A stretch of DNA of 64,000 nucleotides from Clostridiales bacterium (GCA_012735575.1 JAAYGY010000023.1:10374-74373), one strand, 5' to 3'; counted from the stretch's first letter, positions 47,329 through 58,008 are shown. Notes: generated by a model not told the origin, from the sequence alone. Translations and numbers: made by a program.

Positions 47329-48171
47329 CTATTCTTTTAACTCTCTATGTGCAGACTCTACAACCTTATTAATCAATTTTTCAATATCGTGAAAATTCTC
47401 CTCAATACTCTCTTGATCTGAACTATTTTTATATAAATGTACAAGAAACTCAAAATTTCCTTTTGGCCCCTTAATAGGCGAAAAGCTTAGATTTTTTATA
47501 TGAAAACCTAGCTGCTTGGAGACCAATAAGATTTCCTGCAAAACCTCTTTATGTGTTTCTGGCGATCTCACAACCCCTTTTTTTCCTACTTTATGCCGTC
47601 CAGCTTCAAATTGGGGTTTTATTAAAGCAATTAAATGGCTGTCCGGAAGTAAAACATCTTTAACAACAGGCAAAACCAGTTTTAGTGAGATAAAAGCAAC
47701 ATCAATTACAGCACCCTGGGGCAAATCTTCAAAATTATCTTTGGTTACATTTCTAATGTTTGTTCTCTCCATTACTACTACTCTGCTATCTTGTCGTAAA
47801 CTCCATGCTAATTGACCATATCCAACATCAATAGCATATACCTTTTTGGCACCATGTTGCAAAAGACAATCAGTAAATCCTCCAGTTGATGCACCTACAT
47901 CCATATAAACTCTATTTTTAACGGGCGGCTTGAATAAATCTAGAGCTTTTTTTAGTTTTAAGCCCCCTCTACTTACAAAGGGAATATGATTATCTTCAAT
48001 ATATATATCATCTTCAGGAGATACCAGAGTTCCTGCCTTGTCTATTTTTTGCCCAGCTACATAAACTGCGCCTGATAAAATAATGCGTTTTGCCTTTTCA
48101 CGGGATTCCACCAGCCCTTTTTGGACTAATACTACATCAAGTCTTTGTTTTGGCATTGTGGACATATACAT
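47329..48171 (-). CDS. tlyA: TlyA family rRNA methyltransferase
   Basis: RLDVVL, FVSRGGLKL, DVGASTGGFTD, DVGYGQL and LIKPQFEAG motifs. Confidence 0.95.
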   Translation of the reverse strand: MYMSTMPKQRLDVVLVQKGLVESREKAKRIILSGAVYVAGQKIDKAGTLVSPEDDIYIEDNHIPFVSRGGLKLKKALDLFKPPVKNRVYMDVGASTGGFTDCLLQHGAKKVYAIDVGYGQLAWSLRQDSRVVVMERTNIRNVTKDNFEDLPQGAVIDVAFISLKLVLPVVKDVLLPDSHLIALIKPQFEAGRHKVGKKGVVRSPETHKEVLQEILLVSKQLGFHIKNLSFSPIKGPKGNFEFLVHLYKNSSDQESIEENFHDIEKLINKVVESAHRELKE

Positions 48172-50065
48172 TCTCCTTATTGAAATTTAAAAAACTTAAT
48201 ATTCTTTGGGCTACACTATTAGCATCAAGAGATACTAGCTCAAATAACTCTTCTACTCTTCCTTGAGGCACAAAATTATCTGGAATTCCTAAATTTAAAA
48301 TATGTACATCAAGGTTATTACTAATAGCATAATTATTTATTGCACTGCCAAAACCTCCTGATAATACATTATCTTCTAATGTAATCCAATTTAATTGACA
48401 CTGGGATAGAGTTTTTAAGGTTAACTCATCTAGAGGTTTTATACATCTGGCGTTTATAACCTGGCAGCTGATACCCTTCTGTAATAAAAGTTTAGATGCT
48501 TTAATAGCTATCTCTAACATTTTACCAAAGGATAATAAGCTGCAATCAGTACCATTAATCAATATTTCCCAATTATAGGGATTGAATTCACTGTCTCCTT
48601 TGTGGGGATATGAACTTATCAGTGAAAGATCTGTATATCCTTTGGGATACCTTATAGCAACCGGTCCATTATGATCTATGGTATAATCCATAATGTCCCT
48701 TAATTCATCAGTATCTTTTGGAGCAAATATAGTCATGTTTGGAATATGACTGAGATAGTTAATATCAAACACCCCCTGATGGGTTTCTCCATCTTGGCCT
48801 ACTAAGCCAGCACGATCAATAACAAACCTAACAGGAAGGTTTTGAAGACAGACATCATGAAGTATTTGGTCATAAGCTCTTTGAAGGAAGGTTGAATAAA
48901 TTGCTACATAAGGTTTTAATCCATTGACAGCTAATCCTGCGGCCATGGTTACAGCATGCTGTTCTGCAATTCCTACATCGAAAATTCGGTGAGGGAATAT
49001 TTCTTTAAACTTCATTAAACCAGTAGACTCCAGCATTGCTGCCGATATAGCTACTACCTTCTCGTCATTGCGAGCTAGTTCAACTAATTTATTACCAAAA
49101 GTTGTTGAGAAAGTCGGGACATTTTTCTTGCGAGCTTTGCCAGTCTTCATAGTAAAAGGAGGAACACCATGAAAAAATTCCGGATTATCTTCAGCAAATT
49201 CATATCCCTTACCTTTTTGGGTAATAACATGGATGAGTACAGGCCCCTCCATTTTTGTAGCTTGTCCCAGAACATTAATCAAACTGCTGATTTTATGACC
49301 ATCAATGGGTCCTAAATATTTAAAACCCATTTCTTCAAATATCATACCATGAACCACTAAAGATTTAAAACCTCTCTTAACCAGTTCCATACCTTTGGCT
49401 ATCGGCTGGCCTATTCTAGGTAACTTATCTAATAGATTCTGTGTACCCCTTTTTATCCAATTATATTCAGAGCTAGCCCTAATTTTAGAAAGATGCCCTG
49501 CCAGGGCTCCAACATTATGAGATATTGACATTTCATTATCGTTAAGTATAACGATTAAATTAGTTTTACTATGACCTGCGTCATTTAATGCTTCAAACGC
49601 CATTCCACCTGTCAGTGCACCATCCCCAATAACAGCTATAACATGATAATTATCATGGGCTTGTAAATCTCTTGCTCTGGCTATACCTAGTGCTGCTGAT
49701 ATAGAAGTACTGCTATGGCCTGTTTCAAAAATATCATGGTTGCTTTCCTTGCGTTTAGGGAAACCACTTAATCCTCCAAATTGTCTTAGGGTGTCAAACT
49801 TGTACTTTCGTCCAGTTAGAATCTTATGAATATAGGATTGATGACCTACATCCCAAATCAATTTATCATGAGGGCTATTGAAAACATAGTGGAGCGCAAT
49901 AGTAAGCTCCACCACACCCAGATTGGACGCTAAATGTCCGCCAGTTTTAGAGACACTGTTTAAAACAAAGTCCCTTATCTCCTGGGATAATATTTCCAAA
50001 TCTTCTAGTGTCAATGCTTTAAGATCCTTCGGTGATTCGATAGAATCAAGCAATGAATATTTCAT
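48137..50065 (-). CDS. dxs: 1-deoxy-D-xylulose-5-phosphate synthase
   Basis: GGHLASNLG.VELT, WDVGHQ.Y.HK, GDGALTGGMA.EALN and DVGIAEQHA motifs. Confidence 0.98.
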   Translation of the reverse strand: MKYSLLDSIESPKDLKALTLEDLEILSQEIRDFVLNSVSKTGGHLASNLGVVELTIALHYVFNSPHDKLIWDVGHQSYIHKILTGRKYKFDTLRQFGGLSGFPKRKESNHDIFETGHSSTSISAALGIARARDLQAHDNYHVIAVIGDGALTGGMAFEALNDAGHSKTNLIVILNDNEMSISHNVGALAGHLSKIRASSEYNWIKRGTQNLLDKLPRIGQPIAKGMELVKRGFKSLVVHGMIFEEMGFKYLGPIDGHKISSLINVLGQATKMEGPVLIHVITQKGKGYEFAEDNPEFFHGVPPFTMKTGKARKKNVPTFSTTFGNKLVELARNDEKVVAISAAMLESTGLMKFKEIFPHRIFDVGIAEQHAVTMAAGLAVNGLKPYVAIYSTFLQRAYDQILHDVCLQNLPVRFVIDRAGLVGQDGETHQGVFDINYLSHIPNMTIFAPKDTDELRDIMDYTIDHNGPVAIRYPKGYTDLSLISSYPHKGDSEFNPYNWEILINGTDCSLLSFGKMLEIAIKASKLLLQKGISCQVINARCIKPLDELTLKTLSQCQLNWITLEDNVLSGGFGSAINNYAISNNLDVHILNLGIPDNFVPQGRVEELFELVSLDANSVAQRILSFLNFNKENVYVHNAKTKT

Positions 50066-50230
50066 AATTATGCCTCTTTCTTTTCAGTCAAATCTTATTT
50101 TCCCTAGATTAGTCTTTAGACCATAATCTGTGTTATTTTGCAATTATCATTGTTATTATTTTTGAAAAATTAACTCTAAATAAATAAGCTTTATCAATTG
50201 TCAAATATATCCATAAAAAATATTTAACTA

Positions 50231-50674
50231 TTAGAAAAAAATCTGCGATATAAGAAATCCTAGTAATGCACCAGCAAAAACTTCAATAGGAGTATGGCCC
50301 AGCAACTCCTTAAGCTTTTCTTCAGGAATACTCCTTTTTGTTTGAATTTGTTCCAGAATGTCATTAAGAACAGCAGCTTGCTTTCCCGCTGCTCTTCTTA
50401 CGCCAGCTGCATCATACATAACAATTAATGCAAAAGTAATAGCTACAGCAAAAATAGGTGAGTCATATCCTTCTAATTTTCCAACACATGTTGCCAAAGA
50501 CACTACAAAAGCAGAGTGGGAACTTGGCATACCACCAGCACCAACAAAACGTCTAACATCAAGTTTTTTATTAAGAATCAATGTCAGTATTACTTTTAGT
50601 AGTTGTGCTACAAACCATGCTAACAAGCTAACCCAAATTATGTTATTGTAAAGTAATTGAGTAAAAGAGTCCAT
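50231..50674 (-). CDS. divergent PAP2 family (DUF212) membrane protein
   Basis: GGMPSSHSA, VMYDAAGVRRAAGKQA and LGHTP.EV motifs. Confidence 0.92.
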   Translation of the reverse strand: MDSFTQLLYNNIIWVSLLAWFVAQLLKVILTLILNKKLDVRRFVGAGGMPSSHSAFVVSLATCVGKLEGYDSPIFAVAITFALIVMYDAAGVRRAAGKQAAVLNDILEQIQTKRSIPEEKLKELLGHTPIEVFAGALLGFLISQIFF

Positions 50675-50684
50675 GACTTTCCTC

Positions 50685-51578
50685 CTAGTTGTGACGATCG
50701 ATGATGAAATTAGCTAATTGTATAAAAAATTCACCTTCTGGGCCAAATATTGATATTTGAGCTATAGCATTATCGCACAGTTCTTTGGCAATGGACCATG
50801 ATTTTTCTAAACCATATTTATCTACATATGTAGCTTTATCCTTTTCCCTATCTCTGCCAGTCATTTTGCCTAGCTTTTTATCATCTCCCACAACGTCCAA
50901 AATATCATCTATTATTTGAAAGGCCAATCCTAAGGATTTTCCATATTCTAAAAGAGCTTTTGATATATTCTCAGGAGGGTCTTCCAACATAATACTAGCC
51001 TTTAAGGAAGCCATAAACAGAGCACCTGTTTTATGCTCATGGATATATTGTAGTATATCAGGGTCAATATCCTTGCCTTCATTTTCTAAATCAACTACCT
51101 GACCACCTATCATACCTCTAATTCCTGCAGCTTTTGCGATGGTATTAATAGCATTAAGATGATTTATAAGCTTTTCAGGACGTCTTAGAGCATTATCTAT
51201 CATAGTTTCATATGCTAAATTAAGCAAGGCATCCCCACATAAAATAGCAATACCTTCACCAAAAACCTTATGATTTGTAGGGACACCCCTTCTAAAATCA
51301 TCATTATCCATAGCTGGAAGATCATCATGTACTAAAGAATAGGTATGAATCATTTCTAATCCTCCTGCTAATGGTAGAGATTCTTCTAAATCCCCTTCTA
51401 ATAATTTGTGTGATGCTAGTAACATTACAGGGCGAAGGCGCTTACCTCCTGCAAAAAGACTATATTCCATAGAATCAAATATAATTTTCGGATATTTTTT
51501 CATGCTATCCAGTGTTATTCGTAAATAATCATTTACTTTTGTTGCTAATTCATCGTATTGTTTCTTAAACATAACCAT
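50685..51578 (-). CDS. ispA: farnesyl/geranylgeranyl diphosphate synthase
   Basis: GGKRLRP, HTYSLVHDDLPAMDNDDFRRG and FQIIDDILD motifs. Confidence 0.93.
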   Translation of the reverse strand: MVMFKKQYDELATKVNDYLRITLDSMKKYPKIIFDSMEYSLFAGGKRLRPVMLLASHKLLEGDLEESLPLAGGLEMIHTYSLVHDDLPAMDNDDFRRGVPTNHKVFGEGIAILCGDALLNLAYETMIDNALRRPEKLINHLNAINTIAKAAGIRGMIGGQVVDLENEGKDIDPDILQYIHEHKTGALFMASLKASIMLEDPPENISKALLEYGKSLGLAFQIIDDILDVVGDDKKLGKMTGRDREKDKATYVDKYGLEKSWSIAKELCDNAIAQISIFGPEGEFFIQLANFIIDRHN

Positions 51579-51579
51579 A

Positions 51580-51834
51580 TTATTCCTCTACAAATGATAT
51601 TTCCTCTAATTCTCCGTTCTGATTTTTCGTTAAAATTTTTATCTCTTGCTGAGCTTTTTCCAGTATTTGATTACAATGCTGAGACAAAAGAATACCTCTC
51701 TTGTACAGCTCTACCGCCTCTTCAAGAGTAAGATCAGATTCTTGACTCTCCAATTTCTCAATGATTTCCTCAAGCTCAGCAATAGCCTCCTCAAAATTTA
51801 ATGAAGTTATAGACTTCTCCAATTCAGTATTCAT
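51580..51834 (-). CDS. xseB: exodeoxyribonuclease VII small subunit
   Basis: FEEAI.ELE.II..LE...LEEA...Y..G..L...C...L..A. Confidence 0.93.
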   Translation of the reverse strand: MNTELEKSITSLNFEEAIAELEEIIEKLESQESDLTLEEAVELYKRGILLSQHCNQILEKAQQEIKILTKNQNGELEEISFVEE

Positions 51835-53053
51835 TGGCAGGCTCCTTTTCTTTACTAGTTATATTACAAGTAGCATTGCCATCCGTCAAGTGAATTTTCA
51901 CTTTCATATTTTCATGCAACTGATCAATAGATCTTATAATATCTCCTTTTTCAATATCAGTAACGATACTAAATCCTCTCATCATTATAGAAAGAGGATT
52001 TAAAATTTCCAAATATGAAACAGCTCTAACAAATCTATCAGACTTTGTACTCATTACATTGGTCATATTTGCCCTTATTTTCTCCATAGCATAATCCAAT
52101 CTTTGATCATATGCAGCAAACCAGCGCTCAGGATACTTCAAAACATAACTATTGGATAGATTATTAAGATAATTATCCAAATCTTTCAATTTGTGAGTTA
52201 TCGAATCCTGAAGTCTTCTATTTAATATATTTAAAGTCTCATATATATTTGATATTTCAGTAACTGCTATTTCACCAGCAGCAGAAGGTGTAGCTGCTCT
52301 AACATCTGCTACTAAATCAGCAATAGTAAAGTCGGTTTCATGACCTACAGCAGATATTACAGGAATTCTAGAACTAAATATAGCACGGGCTACTTTTTCT
52401 TCATTAAAAGCCCATAGCTCTTCTATGGACCCCCCTCCTCTTCCTACAATCAGAATATCTATATCCTCCCGAGTATTGGCATAGTTAATAGCAGCACTGA
52501 TCTGATCCTTGGCATACTCGCCCTGAACCATTACAGGTATAATTAAAATATCTACTGTCGGATTTCTCTTTGATATTACCTTAATAACATCATGAACAGC
52601 AGCTCCAGTATGGGACGTTATAATAGCAATTCTCTTAGGATAAGCAGGTAGGGGCTTTTTATACTCTTGTCTAAATAGACCTTCTTCCCTCAGTTTATTT
52701 TTCAAGGTTTCAAAAGCAGCATATAATTCTCCTATCCCATCCTTCTCCATATATCGTACATATAATTGATATTGTCCATCCTTGGAATATAAAGAAATAT
52801 TACCCCTTACTAAGACAGACATCCCATCGGATGGGATAAAGTTAAGACTTTCTCCATAGTATTTAAAAAATACACACTTTATACGTGCCTGATTATCTTT
52901 TAGAGTAAAATACATATGTCCTGAAGAATGTCGTTTAAAATTAGATATTTCCCCCCTTATCCATAGGTCTTGGAGTAAAGGATCATTATCCATAAGGCTC
53001 TTCACATAGTTATTAACCTGTTCTATTGTAAATATCTGTCTATTCATTACCAT
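51824..53053 (-). CDS. xseA: exodeoxyribonuclease VII large subunit
   Basis: [31 protein letters not shown] and GHETD.TIAD.VAD.RA.TPS motifs. Confidence 0.96.
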   Translation of the reverse strand: MVMNRQIFTIEQVNNYVKSLMDNDPLLQDLWIRGEISNFKRHSSGHMYFTLKDNQARIKCVFFKYYGESLNFIPSDGMSVLVRGNISLYSKDGQYQLYVRYMEKDGIGELYAAFETLKNKLREEGLFRQEYKKPLPAYPKRIAIITSHTGAAVHDVIKVISKRNPTVDILIIPVMVQGEYAKDQISAAINYANTREDIDILIVGRGGGSIEELWAFNEEKVARAIFSSRIPVISAVGHETDFTIADLVADVRAATPSAAGEIAVTEISNIYETLNILNRRLQDSITHKLKDLDNYLNNLSNSYVLKYPERWFAAYDQRLDYAMEKIRANMTNVMSTKSDRFVRAVSYLEILNPLSIMMRGFSIVTDIEKGDIIRSIDQLHENMKVKIHLTDGNATCNITSKEKEPANEY

Positions 53054-53888
53054 AAGCAGCCAGTATAGTATTTTTAAGCAGCATGGTGATAGTCATAGGG
53101 CCTACTCCTCCTGGTACAGGAGTAATCCATCCTGCCTTATGGACAGCCTTATCAAAGACAACATCTCCCTTAAGTTTTCCATCTACCCTTGTAGTTCCAA
53201 CATCTATTACAATAGCTCCTTCTTTTATATATCCATCATCAATAGATTCAGGTCTACCCATAGCAACTACCAATATGTCTGCATTTTTTGATATTTCCTT
53301 AAGTTTTTTCGTTTTAGAATGGCATATGGTTACTGTAGCATTTTCTCTAAGGAGCATTATGGCTACAGGTTTACCAACTATATTACTGCGCCCTATTACT
53401 ACTGCATGCTTGCCAGTAATATCTTGCCCAGTTTCTTTTATCAAGGTAATAATACCTTTGGGTGTGCAAGGTTCAAAACCCATTTGGCCAACAAAAAGTT
53501 TTCCAGTTGTTACAGGATGAAACCCGTCTACGTCTTTCATAGGATCAATTGCACTGATGACAGCATCTTCGTCAATATGACTAGGTAAAGGAAGCTGTAC
53601 CAGTATTCCATGAATGCTTTTATCATTATTTAATGTATTTATTTCTCGTAGCAGCTCATCTTGAGATATATTCTCTTCCATATATATAACTCGAGACTCA
53701 ATTCCTATTTCTTTGCATGCTTTTTCCTTATTTCTTACGTAAATTTGTGATGCTGGATCCTTACCCACAAGTATAACCGCTAGACCAGGAAGGTATCCTT
53801 TCTCTCTGCTTAGCTTCTGAATATCATTCTTTAAAGAACTTCTTATTCTACTAGCTAAAGCTTTTCCATCTATAATTTTCGCTGTCAT
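53040..53888 (-). CDS. folD: methylenetetrahydrofolate dehydrogenase/cyclohydrolase
   Basis: [33 protein letters not shown] and [11 protein letters not shown] motifs. Confidence 0.97.
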   Translation of the reverse strand: MTAKIIDGKALASRIRSSLKNDIQKLSREKGYLPGLAVILVGKDPASQIYVRNKEKACKEIGIESRVIYMEENISQDELLREINTLNNDKSIHGILVQLPLPSHIDEDAVISAIDPMKDVDGFHPVTTGKLFVGQMGFEPCTPKGIITLIKETGQDITGKHAVVIGRSNIVGKPVAIMLLRENATVTICHSKTKKLKEISKNADILVVAMGRPESIDDGYIKEGAIVIDVGTTRVDGKLKGDVVFDKAVHKAGWITPVPGGVGPMTITMLLKNTILAAYGNE

Positions 53889-54032
53889 TAATAATCCCTC
53901 CTATTATTAATTTGATGTAGAAGACCAGTAATTTCAGCTCAAGTAAAAATATTAATTATACTTACAAGCAAGTATTAACTATGATTCTATTTATTTTGAT
54001 GGATAAGTAATAACTAATACAAATACAAGGGG

Positions 54033-55016
54033 TTAAAATCCAATCATATTGTTTTTGTGATAATCAGTATAGTACTTTTGAAGACCTAGTAGCGCAACTC
54101 CAACAGCATTATCCCTAGATAAATTAGGTTGAGCGTACAAGAGCCTTATAGATTTATCATACTTTTTAAGTCTTATTTCAAGATGCTGACGTATTATACT
54201 ATTGGATGAAACTCCACCTACCATTAAAATATTTTTTATTTTTCTTTCTTTAATAGCATTTGCAATCCATTTCTCCAAGGTTTTCACTAAGCACATAAAA
54301 ACTGCCAGCGCTATGTCTGCTGGATTTTCCCCTGCCTCTATTAACCTTCTCGCGTGGGTTTCAGCACCTGAAAATCCTATCTCATCTTTTCTTACAAATG
54401 AAGGAATAATAACCTTTCCCCGTTGTCCTTTAAGTGCTAATTCTTCTAATTTTGGTCCTGCCGGAAAAGAAAGACCCAAAGCTACTCCTACCCTGTCAAC
54501 AAACTGGCCAGCATGTAGATCCTGTGTTTTACCAATAATAGAAATATCAAAACCAGCTTCTTTTTTATTAACATCCAGCATTTCCGAAGTACCGCCAGAA
54601 AGATGAATAGCTATGAAGTTATCTTCATTTAGACCTTCTACTGAAGATAAGGCAGCCATTATATGACCTTCTTGATGAGTTGTGCCATAAAAAGGAACCT
54701 TTAATAAATTGGCCATAGCTTTTCCAACTAGATAGGATACCATAAAAACTGGCATATATGATTCCATTACTGGCCTGGGTTTTGCACTGCTACATATTGC
54801 TACAATATCTAAATTTTGAGTATTATATGAGATTAAGCTAGTGATATCTGGCAAATTATGTAGATGCTGAAACAAAGCCTTTGATTGACTTATGCCGCGC
54901 TGTCCCTCATCTACTTTTAGTAGAATCTCACCATTAGAAATCAGGTTGCCTTTTAGATCTACTGCTGCCATGGATGTTGTATAACAACTGGTGTCAAACC
55001 CCAATACTACTTTCAT
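54033..55016 (-). CDS. TsaD/Kae1-like ASKHA protein (divergent paralogue, often labelled O-sialoglycoprotein endopeptidase)
   Basis: LGFDTSCYTTS, THQEGH, HLSGGTSE, GQFVDRVG, FPAGP.LE, VGGVSSN and RDNA motifs. Confidence 0.8.
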   Translation of the reverse strand: MKVVLGFDTSCYTTSMAAVDLKGNLISNGEILLKVDEGQRGISQSKALFQHLHNLPDITSLISYNTQNLDIVAICSSAKPRPVMESYMPVFMVSYLVGKAMANLLKVPFYGTTHQEGHIMAALSSVEGLNEDNFIAIHLSGGTSEMLDVNKKEAGFDISIIGKTQDLHAGQFVDRVGVALGLSFPAGPKLEELALKGQRGKVIIPSFVRKDEIGFSGAETHARRLIEAGENPADIALAVFMCLVKTLEKWIANAIKERKIKNILMVGGVSSNSIIRQHLEIRLKKYDKSIRLLYAQPNLSRDNAVGVALLGLQKYYTDYHKNNMIGF

Positions 55017-55444
55017 TGATTCTCCAGCCCCTTATTTTTTTCGAGAGATTCCATTCTTATGAAATTCCCCAAAATTCCATTAATAAATGAACTGGACTTT
55101 TCGCTGCTATATTTTTTTGCTAACTCCACAGCTTCATTGATTGACACGCTATAAGGAATATCCTCTCTGTATAGTATCTCAAACATAGCAAGTCGAAGAA
55201 TAGCAAGATCCACCTTAGACATCCGATCTACGGTCCATTCCTTGGCATATTTCTCAATATAAATATCTATCATCGACTGTTTTTGGTCCATTGAATAAAG
55301 AATCTCTCTTATGTATTTTTCATCATTTTCAATCAATTGAAATTCTTCTATAAGGGCTAATAAAGATTCTTCATGGTGTTCACCAGCTATGTCTTTTTCA
55401 TACAGTAGTTTCATTAATGCCTCTCTCGCAAATTTTCTAGCCAT
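55013..55444 (-). CDS. nusB: transcription antitermination factor NusB
   Basis: W...RM..VD.AILRLA.FE and SINEAVELAK.Y...SSSFINGIL motifs. Confidence 0.96.
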   Translation of the reverse strand: MARKFAREALMKLLYEKDIAGEHHEESLLALIEEFQLIENDEKYIREILYSMDQKQSMIDIYIEKYAKEWTVDRMSKVDLAILRLAMFEILYREDIPYSVSINEAVELAKKYSSEKSSSFINGILGNFIRMESLEKNKGLENQ

Positions 55445-55509
55445 CTATTTCCTCCGAATAATATATACCAGTAAATTGGATTTTTTATTTATATATTAAT
55501 AATAATTCT

Positions 55510-55728
55510 TTAACTGTTAGGTAATATTCTGTCCAAAAAAGAGATAAACTTTTCTTTCTTATCGGATATTCCACCTATCAAGTAACCGATGATTCCGCAC
55601 AATGCAAGAAATAAAGTCTTCCAAAATCCTATTATTAATATAACTACTCCTAATATAAAACCCAATAATACACCTAAAAACTTTCCACGATGGTTTGTCA
55701 ACAATTCATTTAGCAATTCCCTAAACAC
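55510..55728 (-). CDS. DUF2273 small membrane protein
   Basis: HRGK..G.L.G....GFWKT.F...GY.IG pattern; context with amaP/asp23. GTG 55728 likely. Confidence 0.82.
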   Translation of the reverse strand: MFRELLNELLTNHRGKFLGVLLGFILGVVILIIGFWKTLFLALCGIIGYLIGGISDKKEKFISFLDRILPNS

Positions 55729-55742
55729 TTCTATACACCCCC

Positions 55743-56309
55743 TCATTGAACCTTTGATCTTTGTTGAGGTGTTAATAGATTATCAATATATATAAAGATC
55801 TCCTTTACTAGAATACCAGAATAGTTTTGAACATATTCTTTTACTTTTTTCTGTATAGCTGCCGAAATTTCAGGCAATACAACATCGGGCATGAGAAACA
55901 GTTTAAGCTGTATCTTAATCCCATCGTCTTCTGTTATAATATTTATTCTTACATCTTTGACTTCATTAAAGCCACGTACCGCTTTCTGTACCATGATCTC
56001 TAAAGCTTGAATTGATACCCTAATAGCTCCTAGGTCTGTATGTTTTACCAAAGCATTGCTTAGAACCTTAGGTCTTGAACGGGTAAAGAGCAATTTAAAA
56101 CTAATAACTATAAAAATTAAAGAAATTAATGATGCTATTAATAGCAACTGCCAATTAAACTGTATATTATGGAGAGCCGCGTTCACTTGGCTTACTGGAA
56201 TTATATTGACTCCTATTGCTACACATGCCACTAAAATAGCTAAAGATAATAGCAAAATAATAAAGGTATATATAGTTAGTAATAGCCGATCTAAGAATTT
56301 GATTTTCAT
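55743..56309 (-). CDS. amaP: alkaline shock response membrane anchor AmaP
   Basis: Two N-terminal TMs, G.IRVS..ALE and Asp23-like C-terminal domain. Confidence 0.85.
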   Translation of the reverse strand: MKIKFLDRLLLTIYTFIILLLSLAILVACVAIGVNIIPVSQVNAALHNIQFNWQLLLIASLISLIFIVISFKLLFTRSRPKVLSNALVKHTDLGAIRVSIQALEIMVQKAVRGFNEVKDVRINIITEDDGIKIQLKLFLMPDVVLPEISAAIQKKVKEYVQNYSGILVKEIFIYIDNLLTPQQRSKVQ

Positions 56310-56360
56310 TAGCTCAACCTTCCTTTATATTGATTTTTTGTAAAAATCATACATGCAATA

Positions 56361-56384
56361 ACCCTCTGATCTTTATCAGAGGGT
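56361..56384 (-). terminator. hairpin after asp23
   Basis: ACCCTCTGAT-4nt-ATCAGAGGGT; weak T-tract. Confidence 0.6.
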
Positions 56385-56392
56385 CTATACTT

Positions 56393-56782
56393 TTATTGGG
56401 TCATATCACTAGGCTCTTTTTCCTTAGAATCTTTGTGAAATTCAATTCCTTGTATGTATATATTTACCTCAACAACTGACAAACCGGTCATAGTCTCAAC
56501 TGATTTCTTTACATTTTCCTGAACATTCCATGCTACTTCTGGAATCTGAACCCCATATTCAACAATCATGTATAGATCAATCGAAGTTTCTTTTTCACCA
56601 ACTTCTACTCTTACACCCCTTGTAGGAGTTTTTTTGCCGAACTTTTCAACAATTCCTGCACTCATAGATGCTACACCTTCAACCTCTAGTGCTGCAAGAC
56701 CAGCAATAGTGGCTACTACATCATCAGCAAATATAACCTTACCACGTTCTTCGCGAACTGTTTGAATAGATTCTTCTATCAA
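56393..56782 (-). CDS. Asp23/Gls24 family envelope stress protein
   Basis: G.V.FADDVVATIAGLAA..VEGV, GVRVEVG and NVQ..VK..VE.MTGL.V.EVN motifs. TTG 56782 follows GGAGGTG. Confidence 0.92.
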   Translation of the reverse strand: MIEESIQTVREERGKVIFADDVVATIAGLAALEVEGVASMSAGIVEKFGKKTPTRGVRVEVGEKETSIDLYMIVEYGVQIPEVAWNVQENVKKSVETMTGLSVVEVNIYIQGIEFHKDSKEKEPSDMTQ

Positions 56783-56840
56783 ACTAATCACCTCCGTAAT
56801 TAATAGGATTTCATTGTACATGATAAAATTGATTTACTCT

Positions 56841-56869
56841 ATTATAGCAGAATGCCTGAGCATTTACAA
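56841..56869 (-). promoter_or_regulatory. SigA promoter of asp23
   Basis: TTGTAA-N17-TATAAT with TGn extension. Confidence 0.65.
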
Positions 56870-56880
56870 ATAATTCATGT

Positions 56881-56905
56881 AAAAAAATCCCGTAAGGGAT
56901 TTTTT
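56881..56905 (-). terminator. terminator after recA
   Basis: AAAAATCCC-4nt-GGGATTTTT followed by T-tract. Confidence 0.8.
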
Positions 56906-57920
56906 ACTCTTTGTTATCATTATTATGAGATCTATAGGTATCTAAGCCATACTCTTTTAGAACCTTTAATTCAATTTCATCTCTTATATCCTTATTCTCT
57001 TTTAAAAATTGTCTGGCATTTTCTCTGCCCTGACCTAGACGAATATCACCATAGGAATACCAGGCACCACTTTTATTTACAATGTTCTTAGAAGCAGCAA
57101 GATCCAGTATAGACCCTTCTTTGGATATGCCTTCACCATATATGATATCAAACTCAGCTTGTTTAAAAGGAGGAGCAACTTTGTTTTTTACCACCTTGAC
57201 CCGTGTTCGATTTCCTACCATATCGGAACCCTGTTTTAATGTTTCTACCCGACGTACATCCAAGCGAATAGAGGAGTAAAATTTCAATGCTCGTCCACCA
57301 GGTGTAACCTCTGGATTTCCAAACATCACTCCTACCTTTTCCCTTAGCTGATTTATAAATATAGCAACAGTATTTGATTTACTTATTATTCCTGATAGTT
57401 TACGTAGTGCTTGGGACATTAAACGGGCTTGTAGTCCAACATGGGAATCCCCCATCTCCCCTTCTATCTCAGCTTTAGGAACCAATGCTGCAACAGAATC
57501 TATAACAACAACATCTATAGCACCGCTCCTAACTAGTGCTTCAGTAATTTCCAAAGCCTGCTCCCCGGTATCGGGCTGAGATATCAATAGGTTATCTAAA
57601 TTTACACCCAGTTTAGCGGAATAATTTGGGTCCAGGGCATGTTCAGCGTCGATAAATGCGGCAGTTCCACCTAATTTTTGTGCTTCAGCAATAACGTGAA
57701 GAGCAACAGTAGTCTTACCAGAAGATTCTGGTCCAAAGATCTCTACTACTCTGCCTCTTGGTAAACCTCCTACTCCCAACGCCACATCTAAGTCTAGACA
57801 TCCTGTAGGTATAACTTCCACGTTCAGATGGGTATCTTCACCTAATCTCATAATAGAGCCTTTGCCAAATTGCTTTTCAATTTGTGCTAAGGCCATATCA
57901 AGTGCTTTTTGCTTTTCCAC
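56904..57920 (-). CDS. recA: recombinase RecA
   Basis: [33 protein letters not shown] and KNKVAPPF motifs. No intein or intron. Probable start GTG 57920; track starts at 57962. Confidence 0.98.
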   Translation of the reverse strand: MEKQKALDMALAQIEKQFGKGSIMRLGEDTHLNVEVIPTGCLDLDVALGVGGLPRGRVVEIFGPESSGKTTVALHVIAEAQKLGGTAAFIDAEHALDPNYSAKLGVNLDNLLISQPDTGEQALEITEALVRSGAIDVVVIDSVAALVPKAEIEGEMGDSHVGLQARLMSQALRKLSGIISKSNTVAIFINQLREKVGVMFGNPEVTPGGRALKFYSSIRLDVRRVETLKQGSDMVGNRTRVKVVKNKVAPPFKQAEFDIIYGEGISKEGSILDLAASKNIVNKSGAWYSYGDIRLGQGRENARQFLKENKDIRDEIELKVLKEYGLDTYRSHNNDNKE

Positions 57921-57989
57921 ATCTATTCCCCGAATCAGCCCGGGGCTCACCTGCCTTTCCATATAATAAAATCAAAAAGCGCTTTGATC

Positions 57990-58001
57990 GAACGTCTGTT
58001 C
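57990..58001. promoter_or_regulatory. LexA/DinR (Cheo) box
   Basis: GAAC-GTCT-GTTC, in CGAACGTCTGTTCT, just downstream of the recA promoter. Confidence 0.88.
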
Positions 58002-58008
58002 TTGATTT

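Noticed and set aside
50135-50160. ATTATCA-containing Fur-like sequence upstream of dxs
   Set aside because: Only one half of the 7-1-7 inverted repeat matches.
53889-54032. Possible THF riboswitch upstream of folD
   Set aside because: Very AT-rich, with none of the conserved GC-rich helices. No TPP riboswitch core was seen upstream of dxs either.
56904-57962. Intein or group I intron in recA
   Set aside because: The ORF is continuous and of normal RecA length.
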